Of a stretch of 64,000 nucleotides of DNA, positions 15,199 to 30,940 are shown in pieces (position 1 is the stretch's first letter; every line of letters begins with the position of its first letter). The notes under the pieces are model-generated. The model saw nothing but the letters and a program-made list of their open reading frames with translations, did not search any database and had not been told where the DNA came from. Origin of the DNA: the human T2T-CHM13v2.0 reference genome, Homo sapiens; assembly GCF_009914755.1 (NCBI RefSeq), contig NC_060931.1, one strand, 5' to 3'. A program made the position numbers and the translations under genes.

Positions 15199-17278
15199 AT
15201 TAGTTTAGTAGGGCTGCCCTAACAAATTAGCACAAACTGGTTTGATAAAATGTCAGAAAATTATTGTCTTCCAGTTTTGGAGACTAGAAGTTCACAATCA
15301 AGTTCTCTACAGAGTTAGTTCCCTCTGAGGGCTATAAAAGAAGAATCTGTTCCAGGCTTCCCTCCCTGGCTTACAGATTGCCATGTTCACCCGGTGTCTC
15401 TTCATATTGTCTTTCTTCTATGCAACTCTGTGTCTATGTCCAAGTTTCTGCTTCTAGTAGGGACCTCACTCATGTTGGATTAGGGGACCACTACAGGTTT
15501 AATACTCTGGTACAACTTCATCCTAACTAGTTGTATGTGCAAGAACCCTTTTTCCAAATAAGGTCACAGTCTGGTGTACTGGGAGCTAAGACTTTAGCAT
15601 ACAAAATTTGAGCGTATACAACTCAATTCATAATAGTTTACCCTTTTCTCCCAAAAATTCACCTTTTCTCACATGCTAAATGTATTCACCCCATTCCAAC
15701 ACTCTTAGAAGTCTTAATGGCATTAACCCTAAATCCCAAATTTCATCCAAATATTATCTGAATTAAGTGTGGGTGAAACTGAGAGTATTCATTCTGGTAC
15801 AAAATTTCTCTTTGTCAGTGGAACTGAAAGGTTATTTGCTTCCAAAAATACAATGGTAGGATTGTCATAGGATAGATGTTTCCATTTCAAAGGGGAGAAT
15901 TCTGAAGGAAAAAAAGGGATAATGTATCCCAGACAAATTTAAAACCTAGCAAGGAAATTCCACTAGAGTTCAAGGCTTGAGAAATAATAATAATCCCCTT
16001 ACCTTGATGCTTTCTTTTTCTGGCCCACTCAGGAGGCCACCCTACCCTCTGCCCTGATATGCAGCCCACCCTTTAGAACGTAGGAAGTGGCCCCACCCTT
16101 AGCATCAGTTTTTCCCTTTATTGAAGCATAGCACATGTCCACAGCCAGACATCTTCATTGACCCATTTCCTGCCTATAAAATTCCATAAGTTGGGGTTTT
16201 ATTTCATCTCATCCTTTATTTCATCTTCCTTCCTTTGTTTCATCTCTGTCCTTTTCAGTTCAAAATTGCAATATTTCTGCTGAGATGGTTGATTGGATCC
16301 ACAAATTCTATAACTAATGTCTTTTTCAACTGATTGTTCATCCGTGCCCATGATGGTCTGTCCACAGCAAGCTTTCTAACATTTTGCAGTATGGACTGGC
16401 TACAAGTTTTCCACATTTTCAAGTTCTGTTTTCCTTTTGCTTATCAATTACCTCTTCAATTTATCTCTTTTCTCACATTTATAGGCCAAAGGAAGGACCA
16501 GGCTGCACTTTTGATAATCTGTTTAGAAATTTCCTCAGTTAAATATTGAAGTTGATCAGTTAAAGTTCTACTTTCCATCAACAAGAATACAATTCTTTCG
16601 AGTTCTCTGCCACTTTATAACAATGATTACCTTTCTTATTAGTGTACAATATGTTCTTCATTTCTATATGAAACTTCACCAGAAGCACCATTTATATTTC
16701 AAGAACCATTCTGCTTATAATAATATATGTATTCTCTGAGAGAGGTTGTTCATATAGTTCCACTCTTTTGTTTCTGAGCATTCACCAGAATCTCCTTTAA
16801 TGTCAAATGTTAGTACTTTACCAACAGTCTCTTTAAGCCAATCTAAGCTTTTTCTATCATGTGCCTCAAAACTTTTTCAGTCTCTACCCATTACCCAACT
16901 CCAAAGTTACTTCATCATTTTTGGGTATTTTTATCTATCAGCACCTCACTTCCCAGTACCAAAATATGTTCTGTGTCTCTTCTCTAGCTTCTGGTGATAT
17001 TATAGTAATTTTGCTGTTTCTTGTCTTGTAAAAGCATCAGCATAATCTCTTCACATAATATTCTTTGTCTGTGTGTGCGCCTGTGTATGTGCCAAAATTT
17101 CTTTTTTGAAAAAAGAACATCAGTGATACAGGATGAGAAGTCCATCCTATTCCGGCATGATCTCATGTTAATTCATATCTTCTATGCCTTATTTCCAAAC
17201 AAGACCACATATTGAGGTACTGGGGGTGAAGACTTCAACATACACATTTTTAAGGGGGACACAACTCAACCCATAAAA
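15199..17278 (-). mobile_element. MLT1 (A-C class) MaLR provirus: LTR, internal region, partial LTR
   Basis: LTR 15199-15635 ('tattagtt..agggctgcc.taacaaa' to 'actcaattcataata'), MLT-int 15636-16965, and a second LTR 16966-17278 ending 'gacacaactcaacccataa'. Confidence 0.85.
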
Positions 17279-19157
17279 TTAACCTTGTGTACCGAGACAC
17301 CGTCAACTCACTTATTAGTTTTAAGTGAGAATCTAGCTGATGTAGACTACTCAGGATTTTCTATCAAGACAATCATGTTTTCTTTAAATAGCTTTTTTGG
17401 TAACAATTTTATTCAGATATAATTTGCATAGCATACAGTTCACCCATTTAAGATGTGTAGTTTAATATATTTTAGTTAATCTTCACAGAGTTAAGCAACC
17501 ATTGTCATAGTCAATGTGAAAACATTTTCATGACCTCCAAATAATCTCCTTAACCTTTACTCATCACTCCCAATCCTGTATTTTCTCATCCGTAAGCAAC
17601 CAGCAATCTATGTTCTAGTTCTATAAATTTGCTTATTCCGGACATCTCATATAAATGGAGTCTTATAAGATCGAGTCTTTTGTGACAGGCTTCTTCCGCT
17701 TAGCATAATGTTTTTAAAGTTTATTCACGTTGTAGCATGTATCAGTACTCCATTCCTTTTAAGGTCAAATTATATTCCATTGTATGGGTATCTCGCATTT
17801 TATTTATCTATTTATTAGTTCATTAATATATGGGTTGATTGCATCTTTTAACTAATATGATTATTCCTGCACTAAACATTTGTGTACAAGTTTTTGTGTG
17901 AATATATCATTTTTTTTCTTGAAGTGGAATATAATTGCACCTAGGAGTGGAATTGCTGTGTAAATTAGTAGCTCTATATTTAACTTTTTGAGAAACTTCC
18001 AGACTTTTCCAAAGCAGCTGCCTCATTTTATATTCATGAAAGCAATGTATGAGGGGTTCTTATTTCTCCACATTCTCAGCAAGACTAGGTATTATCTTTT
18101 TGATTCTATTAATTCAAGTGGATACAAAGCATTGCAATATGATTTTCATTTGTATTTCCCTGATGATTTAATGATGCTGAGAATCTTTTCATGGGCTTAG
18201 TGGTTATCTGTACAACTTCTTTTAAAATATTTTTATTTCGGTTGTCTATTTTTAATTGGGTCATTTTCTGCTATTTTTGAGTTGTGAAAGTTCCTTATAT
18301 GTTCTAGGGATGCAAGTCCCTTGTTAGGTATATAATTTTTTAATTTTTTCTTCTATTTTGTGGATTGTTTGTTCACTTTCTTAATAGTGTCCTTTGAACA
18401 AATATGTTTTTATTTTTATGAAGTCCAATTATATCATTTTTTTCTTTTGTTGCTTGTGGTGGTGGTATCATAAATAAGACTCTATTTTCAACTTTAAAAT
18501 AATAAAGATTTACTGCTGTTTTATAAGATTTCTACAGTTTTGCTTTTACATTTAGGTATTTGATACATCTTGAATTAACTTTATATAGTGTGATGCATAG
18601 GTTTAATTTCAGTGTTTTCCATATGTTTATCCAGTTGTCCTAGAACCGTGTATCAAAAGAACTATTTTTTATTCATGAAATGGTCTTGGCACCATTGCTG
18701 AAAATCAGCTGACAATAGATGTGTAGGTGTATTTCTGATTTTCAGTTACATTCCACTGATATGCCTCAATTACTGTTGCTTTCTAGTCAGTTTCAAAATT
18801 ACAGGGTATCAGTCCTCCAACATCTTTTTCAAGATTATTTTGGCTATTTAGTTTCCGTGAATTTCAAAACTATTCTTAGGATCAGCTGGTCAATTTCTGC
18901 AAGAAGCTTACTGCATTTCTGAAAGAGTTGGGTTGAATTCATAGATCAATTTGGAGAATATTATCATCTTAATAACATTAAGTCTTTTGATCTATGAAAT
19001 ATCTTTCCATTTATTTAATTTTTTCTGTAAAGTTTCATCATTTTCAGAGTATGTGTTGTATTTGTTATTAAATTTATTTCTAAAAATTTTATTTTATTTT
19101 GGTGCTACTGTAAATTCAATAGGTTTCTTAATTTCATTTTGGACTTCCATTGCTAAT

Positions 19158-19855
<698 letters not shown>

Positions 19856-22639
19856 TGTTAATAGATGGATTGCAATTAATTTTTGTATATTGATCTTGTA
19901 TCCTGCCACGTTACTGAACCAGTTTATTAGCTCTAATATATTTTAGAGAATTCTAAGTCCTTAGGATTTTCTATTTACAACATGATGCCATTGGCAGACA
20001 AGGATAATTTTGTTATTTCCATTGTAATGTATATATCAATTTTATTTTATTTTATTGCCTAAATTTTCTGGCTAGAAAATAGAAATGGTGACAGTGGATA
20101 TTTTTATCTTGTTCCTGATCCTAGGGAGAAAGTATCTAGATGTTTGTAGATGTACTTTATTAGGTGAATAAGTTGAATTATATTTCCAGTTTTCTTAGTG
20201 TTTTCATAAGGAGGGGGTACTAATATTTTTCAAATACCTTTTTGCGCCGTTTGAGATAATCATGTGTTTCTTGCTTTTATTCCATCAATATAGCTAACAA
20301 TTGAGATTATTTTATTTCTCTCTAAGTGTTTATCTCTCCATCCATCTATCTATATAAGTACTTACAAATCATCAATGAGATTTATAAGCCTGTAGTTTCC
20401 TTTGTTGAAAGTTTATCTTTAATAAATTTAATTTTTAACAAATATGGAGGAAATATGGTTATCAATCTCTATCAGAATGTGATTATATATTCATCATCAT
20501 CTAACTATATAGCAATCATTATCTATCTATATATCATGTACACATTTGTTTCCCTATTGCACTAAATACAGTTATAGTATAATATCGAATAGGAGAGGCA
20601 AAAGTGGACATTTTTTCTTATCAGTCTTGGGAGAAGTCATTCAGTTTTTCATCATTAAATATTATATTATCTTTAGACATTTTTGTAAGGATCCTTTATG
20701 GGTTTAAGAAAGTTTCATTTTATTTCTAATGTTTGAGACCTTTTCTCATAAAGAGATATTGTATTTCCCTTTTCTATTTCTGTTATAATAATCATGTAAT
20801 TTTTTCTTCTTTAGTTTGTTATATATGGTAAAGTATATCAGGCGATTTTCAACAGTTTAGCAGCTTTGCATTCTCAGGTGAGACATGCTGCATTATCTTT
20901 TTTGAAGCATTGTTGAACTTAATATGTTGTTGAAAATGCTTGTGTCCATATTTTTTGATGCCTATGTTTTCTTTCTTGTTATACTTTTGTCTGATTTTGG
21001 CATTTGTAAAACTTGCCTTTATTCTATTTTTTCTTTATTTTCTATTTCAATAATTGCTCATCTAATCTTCATTATTTTTTCCTGTACCATCTTTGGGTCT
21101 AATTTTCTCTTTTCACTCCTACATTTCTTAGAGGTTTAGATTACCATTTAGAGATTTTTCTTGCTTTCAATATACACATTTCATATTCTAAACTTCACTT
21201 TACATTTTGCTTCAGCTCTCTCTCAAATTTTGATATAATGCATTTTTTTGTATTTTGTTAAAAATATTTCTACTTTTCTTAAGTCTACTTGTTTTCTCCA
21301 GTAGGCTGAAATGTGTTTTTTAACTGACCAATATTTTTAACTGACCAATAGCAACTTTTCATATGCTATTGCCTTGACTGTATGGAGTGCTCTATAAATG
21401 TCAATTATACTATGTTGTTTGGTGGTATTTTAAATTCCTCTATATTGTTGTTGATTTTTTCTCTACTAGTTCTTTCTATTACTTAGAAATGTCTCCAACT
21501 ATAATTCTGGCTTTATTTATTTATTCTTTCAGTATTATCTGTTTTAGCTCCATGTATTCTGAAGCTGTGTTGTTAGGTACATACACATTTAGGATAGTTG
21601 TGTCATCTCAATGAATTAATACTTTTGTCATATGTAATGTCTGTCTTCATTTCTGTTAATTTCTTTGCTCTGATGCCTATTTGTCTGGTATCAATACAGC
21701 CATTTCAGTTATTTTTTATTAGTGTTTGCAATATATAACTTTTCTTATCAATTTACATTTAGGATATCAATACCATTATAGTTAAAGTGAGTTTCTTGTG
21801 TAGAGCACACAGCTGCTCCATGCCCCATTCCCATTTCTGTCTTTTTATTGCTACACTTAGACCATTTACGTTTAATGCAATTTTTGATATGCATAAATTT
21901 AGGTCGACCAGTTTTCTTGTTTTCTCTTTGTTCCTTCTAGTATTTTTTCTTCCATTTATTCCCCTTTTTTTTCAAACTTTTGGATTATTATGACTTTTTA
22001 TATATTTTATTTTAAAACATGTATTGTGATTTTAACTATGCCATTTTAATATATTGTTTTAGTGATTGCTTTAGAAACTACACAGAAAGTTCTCAATGTT
22101 TTACAATTTACTAATAATCAATAGTTTACTACTTCAGTTTTAATGGTGAAATGTTACTACCTTATATTTTACTTTACCCTCTCCTCCTTTAGGCTATAGT
22201 TTTCTTCTAAACTACATCTATATACACGGACACTGTTTAGCCAATCATAAATTTTGCTTTGAATTGACAGACACATTTTAAATAACTCAATTGGAAGAGA
22301 ATATATTTTTAAATTTAGCCAGATATTCAAGTTTTTTTGAATGTCTTTTATTTCTGATGTTCTAAGTTTCACTCTAATATTTTCTTTCATTTAAGAGCTA
22401 CTTTTTAACAATTTAGAGCAAGTATAAGGGCTAGTATTTTCTTGTTTTTAATTTGAGAACATTTTTACTTCTCTTTCATTTCTAAAGAATATTATAACTA
22501 GAAAAGCAACTCAGGTGACAGTTATTTTCTTATAACACTTTAAAAATGCATTGCTTTCTTTTGTCCTCCTTGGTTTCTGAAAGGCAATAAATAAATGTAT
22601 AAAAAAAGATTGCTAGAATTTTAAATGGCATCTAAATAT

Positions 22640-23310
22640 AGAAACTATACTGATTGAGATATCCTAATGGAATCAAGAATAACAATATGGAAATAAATTA
22701 CTTCCAGGAAAATTATATGGAAAATAACCTTGCCAAATTGGCTGAAGAATAATTATAAAACACACAATTACAAAAATCAATGTTTTCTTTTTAAAAGTCA
22801 TTTTTAAAAAGCACAAGAATTTAAAGACTTACAGGTAAGCAATACCAAAAGTTCAACAAATGGTCCAGAATCAAAGCAGAATTTGAAGACTTCTAAGCTC
22901 TATGTATTAGGTTCAGCTCATTTTAACACAAAAATAAAATAATGCTAGTGTGCAAAATGTAATGTAGCTCAAATTCACTTGTGTCGTAGTTGCAGAAATA
23001 CCAAGTAAATACTATCAAATTAAATCCAGGATGTATACATAAACATAATATGACCAAATAAGATTTAATTTTTGAACTGAAAATATTATTTGGGCTTAGA
23101 AAATTTAATAATGTAATTAATGTTTTAATAGATTAAAGGGGAAAACCAACTTAATTATTTTAAGGAATTCAGGAAATCACTAATTATTAATAATAAAATA
23201 TCTCAGAAAAAATAGAACAGGAAGGAACTTCAGTTTGATAACAAAAACCCAGAGTAAACATCATATTTTAACATAATACGCTTTAAATATTTTCTTTAAA
23301 TTCAAGAGGA
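22640..23310 (+). mobile_element. Degenerate L1M ORF2 fragments
   Basis: A-rich L1-like phrases ('aatactatcaaattaaatccag', 'taatagattaaaggggaaaacca'). Confidence 0.45.
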
Positions 23311-25724
23311 ATAATTACATTTCCCATATTGTACTCTATACCACCCATCGACTCATTACTGGTTTATATATTGAAATACTGTGTTTGCACAAAGAAATTA
23401 TTTTATTCACTTCAATTTAATAGTTTTGCTATCCTGTCTTTAGGTCCCAGAAATTCTCTGGTTTCTACACAGATATTTCTCTTTTCTTGATCTAACAAAT
23501 AACTTTTTATAACACTGTCCATGCTGTTTTTATAATACTGCATGGAGCTCTATGCTATTTAATGAGGCATTTCTCTTAATCAATCTGAGGAGCTCTGAAA
23601 TGTTTTCATGCTGTGCACAAAGGCGAGAGTTTATAGAATATGCTTAACTATAAATGTTCTCTATTTTCATCCATATGTAAGTCAATAGACTTGGGAAGTT
23701 GGTGACCTCCTTAGTGTTTACCTCACATTTTACTCACAAGGATATAGGTGGGCTATTGAAAAAAGTATTCACATAATTCTAAGTAAGTTTGAAAAAAATA
23801 ATATAATTACATAGATTCCCTTTGCCTTTCATTATCAACAAAAAGAATTTAAAAATCTATTATTATATGTCTGATTTGAATTATACACAGATGTTAATAG
23901 TTTAATTTCAAGTATCTTCCCAGATGACTTTTTCTATGTGATGGAAAACATTAGGAGAAAAATGTGGGGCACCGCAGCCATAGATCTCATTGTCTCAAAC
24001 CATGAAAAATAAAAACAGCCACATCTGACAGAGACACACGTTTAGACTATATACCGTAGAACTGAATCAGTTGTACGTAATGACCAACATGCTGAGCTAA
24101 ATTCCCATTGATGTGGTTCATTCGTCCACAAACGGAAACAGTGCTAATGTAAAAATTAATGTCACCTTTGTTTCATCTTCATTTTTACTTAAGATGAAGC
24201 TTTGTTTCACTATATCCTTAACTTTTCTAGTTGCTTATAGCCATGTAACGAAGGTGAGAGAGAATATTTACTATCATTTCAAATGTTGGCTCTTTTATGT
24301 CTAATTCAAATGATTTCCTGAAGCATTGCTCTTAAGAGCTGGTTAGGGGTACGGTTGTGGACTGATGTCTGTAGATTACTATACATTTCTGTACTTTCCA
24401 ATACTGAGTAGAAGTGAAATAAAATTAGACTTTGTATGCATAATTTAGGCATAATTCATCATGAAGATGAAACAATCAAAACATAAAGGCAGATTATATT
24501 TTGAGTGCACAAAAATAGCAAACAGTGGATTTTTTAACAGCATTCATATTGTTAAATATCTACACTCTGTCTTAAACTGAGGCAATGAGATTATAACCTT
24601 AATAGTTAAGCCAAGAATGCTAGTTGTGGTCAGATGACTCACTCATTATCATTAGAGTACATACACAGGGAATTTGGTCATTGTGTTCCCAGCTGGCAGC
24701 TTTTACTAACATCTGGGTTATTAACATCAGAATCAGCAATCTAGCAAATTGTTCTCTCTAACATATCCAGCTAATCCTGGACCCAAATTAGTTCCCTTCC
24801 AAACCCACCTGCAGTAAATCCAGCAGTCAAGATTACCCTTGCACAGAAGTACTTGAATTATATATAAAAGTAGATTAGGATTAAATATTCCAGAATTCAT
24901 GCCTGGCTTTCTATCTGTAGACAACATTGAGTATGCTTTTGGAAAGTGAAAGTCAGGATGCCAACATTATTTGCTTGTCAGCGAAAAATTTCAATGAAGA
25001 TTCAGAGATTCTAACTACCACTTAACCAAAGCTATTTGGAAAAAGAGACATTTTCCTCATATTTGAGACAATTGCAACAAATATCTTATCATAAATATTT
25101 GAACAGTTTTGAAACTGTTTGCTTATATGAAATATACTCATAACAGCTTTAAACGGCAGTTCTGCTACTGTGTAAGCTTCTTGATCCTGAAGATGGTTTC
25201 TGCCTTGTTCTTTATCCAGCTTAAGGAAATTTTATAATGCAGTGAAATGCAGTGAAAGGAATCTAAAGTTCCTGTGATAAATCTAACTAATAATACCAGT
25301 AATCTTACTGTACTTACAAACCATTAATATAATTTAATGCCACATCATTTAAAAGTGAGATTTCTCAAATAGGTTCTTAAAGTTTAGTTGATTCTTTCCG
25401 ATAAAAGGCAAACTCTCTAAGAGAAGAAAAAACTACAATGGAACACATTCATATGTACATAATTTAAAATTCTTGTGATGCCATCATAAACCAGCATGGG
25501 TTTTCTTTCTTTCTTTCTTTATTGTCGTTTTCTCTGATTGTATATCCCTTACGTAGAACCCTGTTGCTTTCCCAGGGAACACTGATTTTGATTCAAATAC
25601 ACATCTGACCAAACCTAGCTCTACACTATTTCTATTAGCTCTCCGTTCATGCATCTTGCATCTTGATAAAAAATTCCTTCGTTTTCACACATTTTCCTTC
25701 CTCTACTCCTTATGCTGTTTCTTT

Positions 25725-26050
25725 CTTTTTTTAAGTGAAAGCAAGTTTGTTAAGAAAGTAAAGGAATAAAGAATGGCTAACTCCATAGGCAGAGCAGTGG
25801 CATGGACTGCTCAATGCTCAAGTTATTTCTTGATTATATGCCAAACAAGGAGTGTATTATTCATGAGTTTTCCAGGAAAGGGATTTCCCAGAACTGAGGA
25901 TTCCTCCACATTTGAGACCATATAGGGTAACTTCCAGAGGGTGCCATAGCATTTGTAAACTGTAATGGCATGACAGTGCCATGGCATGTTAGGGAGTGTC
26001 TTTTAGCATGCTAATTAACATATAATAAGCATACAATTAACATATAATGA
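25725..26050 (-). mobile_element. ERV1 LTR fragment (MER4 group)
   Basis: 'gaaagcaagtttgttaagaaagtaaaggaataaagaatggc', 'ttattcatgagttttcc' and 'gaccatatagggtaacttcc'. Confidence 0.65.
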
Positions 26051-26499
26051 GATATTTTTGACCTTTGTTACAAAGATATATTGTACTCAATACTTTGGAT
26101 ACAGTATCTTCAGTGTTGAGGTTGTTAATAGGAAAAATAAAGGTTTCCATAATCAAATATGTTTTGGTAAATGCTCCTAACAACATTCCTATCTTGTGGA
26201 TATATAAAACATTATGTCCATCTTTAGAGCATAAAGTTTCAGAATAGATATTCAGTGAAAAAATCCATATCTCCTTAATTTATTTGATACACAGTGCTTC
26301 TCTGGTACATGCAAAGTCTTAGACTTTTAATACACAGAAGGACCTTACAAACCAATAGGGAAATAGACTTCCTTAGAAAAAGAAACTAAGATTTGTAAAA
26401 GCAAGTTTTAAAGAAAGAAAAGTAAATTGTTTTCTCCAATAGTAATTAAGAAATAAAGACTAAAACAACCTTAGCTCTTTTCTACAAAGTTTTAAAAGT

Positions 26500-26880
26500 T
26501 TAAAAAGAAAAATGAATGTGTTTGGAAACTTGTAAGCTAGTAGTGAAACTGAAAACCGGCTTACATGTCTAATAGGCTAGCTGGCCATACTTAACTGTGG
26601 TTAAAATACACATACTATTTTATTTGGCTATTTTTAAGTACTTATCTTATGAAAATAATAAGCAGTGTACTAAATGTATTCTGCAAGGTTGATCATTACA
26701 GTAGGATAGAATGAAAAAAAATCTAAATGTCCCACAAAATAAGATCAGTTAAATAATTTATGGTACATCTGTATCATGGAATTCTAGTCATTATAAAATC
26801 ATATCAAGTAGATATTTTTACATGCAAATATGATCAAGAAAAATTATAAAGCAAGAATATGAAGTATTAAATACTAAATA
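26500..26880 (+). mobile_element. L1ME-type 3' fragment
   Basis: 'ctaaatgtcc...ttaaataatttatggtacatc...atggaatt'. Confidence 0.5.
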
Positions 26881-26884
26881 TAGT

Positions 26885-26963
26885 TGGGTGTATGTTTCTG
26901 TGGCTGTATTTGTGTGTATACATATATGTATGTGTATATATATATCCACAAATATATATATTT

Positions 26964-27000
<37 letters not shown>

Positions 27001-27046
27001 ACCTGGGTATGTCTGTGTGGGTATGGGTGTGCATACACACACACAG
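26885..27046. repeat. Compound (TG)n/(TA)n/(CA)n microsatellite
   Basis: Directly visible. Confidence 0.95.
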
Positions 27047-27329
27047 ATTTTTTTTTTTCACTGACAAGTATAATCATTAATATGTTGGCAATAATTACGT
27101 TTGAGTGGTAAGGTCTTAAAAGTTGAATTTAATTGCTTAGCTTAGTTACATTTACAAAAATTTCTTTAATGGGATTAATTATTGCTAGCAAAATAAAGTC
27201 ATTTAACTTTTCTTCAAGTACTTCATCTAGCAAGCTTTTACTGGCTCTTTCAGGCAGTGAAAGATCTTTCTTCCATGTTCCAAAGGCACTTTGCTCACTT
27301 ATCATATGGGTATCAATATATGTTTCCTT

Positions 27330-27470
27330 GACTAATTTACTAGTAGATTTTGAGCCTCCAAAGAGAAAGGTTGTGATCAGATTTTCTTTCTAGTCTCTGG
27401 TATTAGTACAGTGCTTGACTCATAATAGCACTAATAATAGTTTTTGGAGCAAATGAACGAATAAATCGTT
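27330..27470 (+). mobile_element. L2 3' end
   Basis: 'agtacagtgcttgactcataatagcactaataa...aaatgaacgaataaat'. Confidence 0.55.
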
Positions 27471-28074
27471 AAGCAAGTTTGACCAAATGCATAAAAAGAT
27501 AAATGAAATTGTTCTGATTAGGTTTAATTATCAAAAACTACTTCAGGCTAAATGCTGCAGGTATTTAATGCATTTCTACCTTTTAAATTAAAATAGCTCA
27601 TCCAGAGCCATGCACACTCTGAGCCCTCAATTAGTATTGATTGATATAATTCTATGAGAGGCATGAGTTAGGCTAGTAAATGACATGGGGAATCTCAATT
27701 CAAATCATGTTTCTAAGTGGTAACCAGAGCTGTAAGTGAATCTGTTACGTGGCAATTCTATTTAGAGAAGAGAATTGGGGGTAGGCTTTAAAGTAATTTT
27801 TAAAATGCCAGTTTAAAATAAGAAAACCCACAATATGTTTTAATTTGAAACATGTTTACATATCATTCCAGCATCATAACACAAAATCATAGAATATTTG
27901 TATATGCCTAAAATAATAACAGTAATAATAATTATAATTTGATACATTGGATCACCTAATCACAACTATTTATACATATTAAGAGTTAAAAAGGGAATGA
28001 AATATTTCCTTTTTCATTTTTGATAAAGCCTAATCCTGGAAAATATTACAGTAATTATAGCAAATATTTGCTCT

Positions 28075-28290
28075 CTTAATGAATCTGTTTGTCTAAGACC
28101 ATGCTAACTAATTTATATATCCTTGTGATCATGTTAATAGCTGCATAAGTAATTATAATTCTCCATATTTTATAGATGAGGAAACTGTAGTACAAGAAGT
28201 ATAATTTATTTAAGGTCATACAATTTCTACTTTATAAGACTGAGGCTGGCTAGTATCAGAATCTGTGGTTTTAAATGCAGTGCTAAAGTG
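28075..28290 (-). mobile_element. MIR
   Basis: Core 'ccatattttatagatgaggaaactg...aaggtcatac'. Confidence 0.7.
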
Positions 28291-28427
28291 AGGAAAATTA
28301 TTATGACCAGAAGAAATCTCCACTTAATGGAAAATATTCAATCTTGTGTGTTATAAGTCAACTAGTAAATGTTTTTATATGCTTTATATATTCAGTATTC
28401 TATATTTTATATATTTTCTGGGTTTCA

Positions 28428-28432
<5 letters not shown>

Positions 28433-28488
<56 letters not shown>
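28433..28488. repeat. (TA)n(GA)n microsatellite
   Basis: Directly visible. Confidence 0.95.
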
Positions 28489-28491
<3 letters not shown>

Positions 28492-30664
28492 GACTTATGG
28501 AAGATAATAACCAAACAGTTAAATGAAAAGTGCTTTTGATTCGATGTCAAAAAGCAACATATAAAATGTGAAAGATATTTTATTAAGATGCTAATTTGAA
28601 GAAGAGGACTACAAGTCAAAGTGTAAGGGTACATGCTTTCTTTCCCTGATGTCAAGATACAGCATACCCTAAATAAAATAAAAAGTATATATTAAGTATT
28701 TTACAATTTTTAAAATCCTTACACTATCATATAACATATTGGTCCACTATAATCTCTGAAAGACATAGACATTCACTATCACCAGATGCTAATTTTTAAA
28801 ATGACAGAAAATTCATCTTGGCAAAGAGCCTAAAACACAAAGTCAAGATTAAAGGCACTATGATTACTAAGAAAGGCAAAATAAGCTTTAACTAGGAATG
28901 TTTCACATCTTAAAAGAAAGATGAACAAATATCTCAGGAATTAGAATTGGAACTATACTTATCTGACTCCAGTGAAAGCGCCTTAATGTTGTTTGTACTC
29001 AGCATCAAAGAATGTTTATACAAATTCACCTACTCTCTTCATCAAGTAGTGAGAAATGAATGGTAGTCCTTGTCTAAAATCATGAAAAGAAAGCCACATA
29101 TATTTTCATAATGTTTTAATACTCCTGGATATAACAGATTTCTAGGTGAGTCTCAAAGTGTTGACAGGTGTCTTGCTTGTTTGAGTAACTGCTAGTCTCC
29201 CACTTTAAATGGGAAGAGGGATTATGATGGACAGTGCAGTCTCAGAATTTATTTCTGAAAGGTCTGTAAGCCAAGTCAAATTTAACATCATGGACTACAA
29301 TATAGAACACAACCTCTAATCTGGTGAACATTTCCAGAAACTTGATAACAGCTTTCTTTCCCAAACAAAAACATTTCAGATATTTTAAGAAAATTGTCTT
29401 TTGCACCTTAAGTGTGTTTTTTATATTTAAATACGTCCACTAAGTCTTCATTAAAATAGTAAGAGTGAGAAACGGGCAAAACATTCCCAACTAAGGGAAA
29501 TATTGAAATAGATATGGTACATTCATATACTAAAAAAATGCAGTTTATATAAATCTGTCTAAAATAATTTTAATGACATGGGAAAATGATTATTACATAA
29601 AAATTTTAAATAAAATATCATGTAATTTTTTTACATGTTTTGAATTTCTCCCTCCACACTAACTGTCAGCCTTGCTGCTATTGTTGCCAGTTATCTTTCT
29701 CAAATGAACAATGTGTAAAATTCCCTGGAAGATGAAGAGGGAAACAAACAGAAACTGAGATTCGAATTTTGGACATTTAGTCAGTTCACTGACATAATTC
29801 TCAAATGCTGCACAACAGCCTTAAGTGGACACCGTTTAAATGTACACATCAGCTAAATTATAAAAAAAATTTTACCAGTCATGGACTTTCAAGTTTTTTA
29901 ATTAATATATGAATATGACAAAAATGTACATTTAGAAATATCTTAACCTCCTCTAAATCTACAGGAAATTTTTCTTGAATTTTTTTCTTGCTGTTGCACA
30001 ATTTCTAATGGGGGAAGTGGGGAGAAATGTATATAACTATAGACCACTGCCATCCAGGAAGAGGCAACAGCAGAAAATTCAGCATTATCAAAAGTCTTGC
30101 TGGCAGCCTTGCAAGCCTAATGCTTGATTTTGCTGGTGTTTCAGGGTGGAGGTTGATTCACATTCACAAAATTCCTAAGAAACAAATGCTTAAAGCTGGT
30201 GTTAATTTATATATTACAAGAGAAATAAAGATGTCAATAGTCAATAAATTGAACATTTGTGTTAGTGTAACTAGCGGATTCTCCTTCTAAGACAAGCAGG
30301 AACCCTATTTATTATGAGGTGGCTTGGTGAGACTGAAGTTACTGTCAGACCAAAGAGAGTAGCTCTCTGATTCAATATATAATTACTCAAGCTCAGCTAG
30401 CTTTGGGAGCCTAGTGTTTCCCACTCACTCAGAGCAATGCAACTGGGAGGAAGACCTTAAGGCACAAGGCTGTGAATGAACATGTTCTTCTATGGCCATT
30501 GCAAAATGGTTTATATGGCTTCCTTTGTCCTTATTTTTCTTTTACGAATCAGCCATCTGCCAACAAACACTCACAGACAAATTTGTTTGAAATCTTTCCT
30601 GAGCTGTGTTAATATCATCAGTCAATTTGTCACATATGTCAATTTAGAGGCATTAAGTGCTGAG

Positions 30665-30940
30665 TTTTTATAATTATTGTGGATGCATAATAGTTGTTCA
30701 TATTTATGGGGTACATGTGATGCTTTAATATAGGCACAAAATTCGGAATGATCAAACCAGGATAATTGGGATATCCATTACCTGAAGCATTTATCATTTC
30801 TTTGGGTAAGAAACATTTCAATTCCACTCTTTTAGTTTTTTGAAATACACAATGAATCATTGTTAACTATAGTTGCCCTGCTGTGCTACTGAATACTAGA
30901 TCTTATTCATTCTCTCCATCTATATTTTTGTGCCCATTTT
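30665..30940 (-). mobile_element. Short L1MA 3' end
   Basis: 'catatttatggggtacatgtgat...ccaggataattgggatatccattacctgaagcatttatcatttct'. Confidence 0.85.

Noticed and set aside
24672-24686. 15-bp inverted match (atttggtcattgtgt) to ~36573-36587
   Set aside because: Exact 15-mers are expected by chance in 64 kb of AT-rich DNA.
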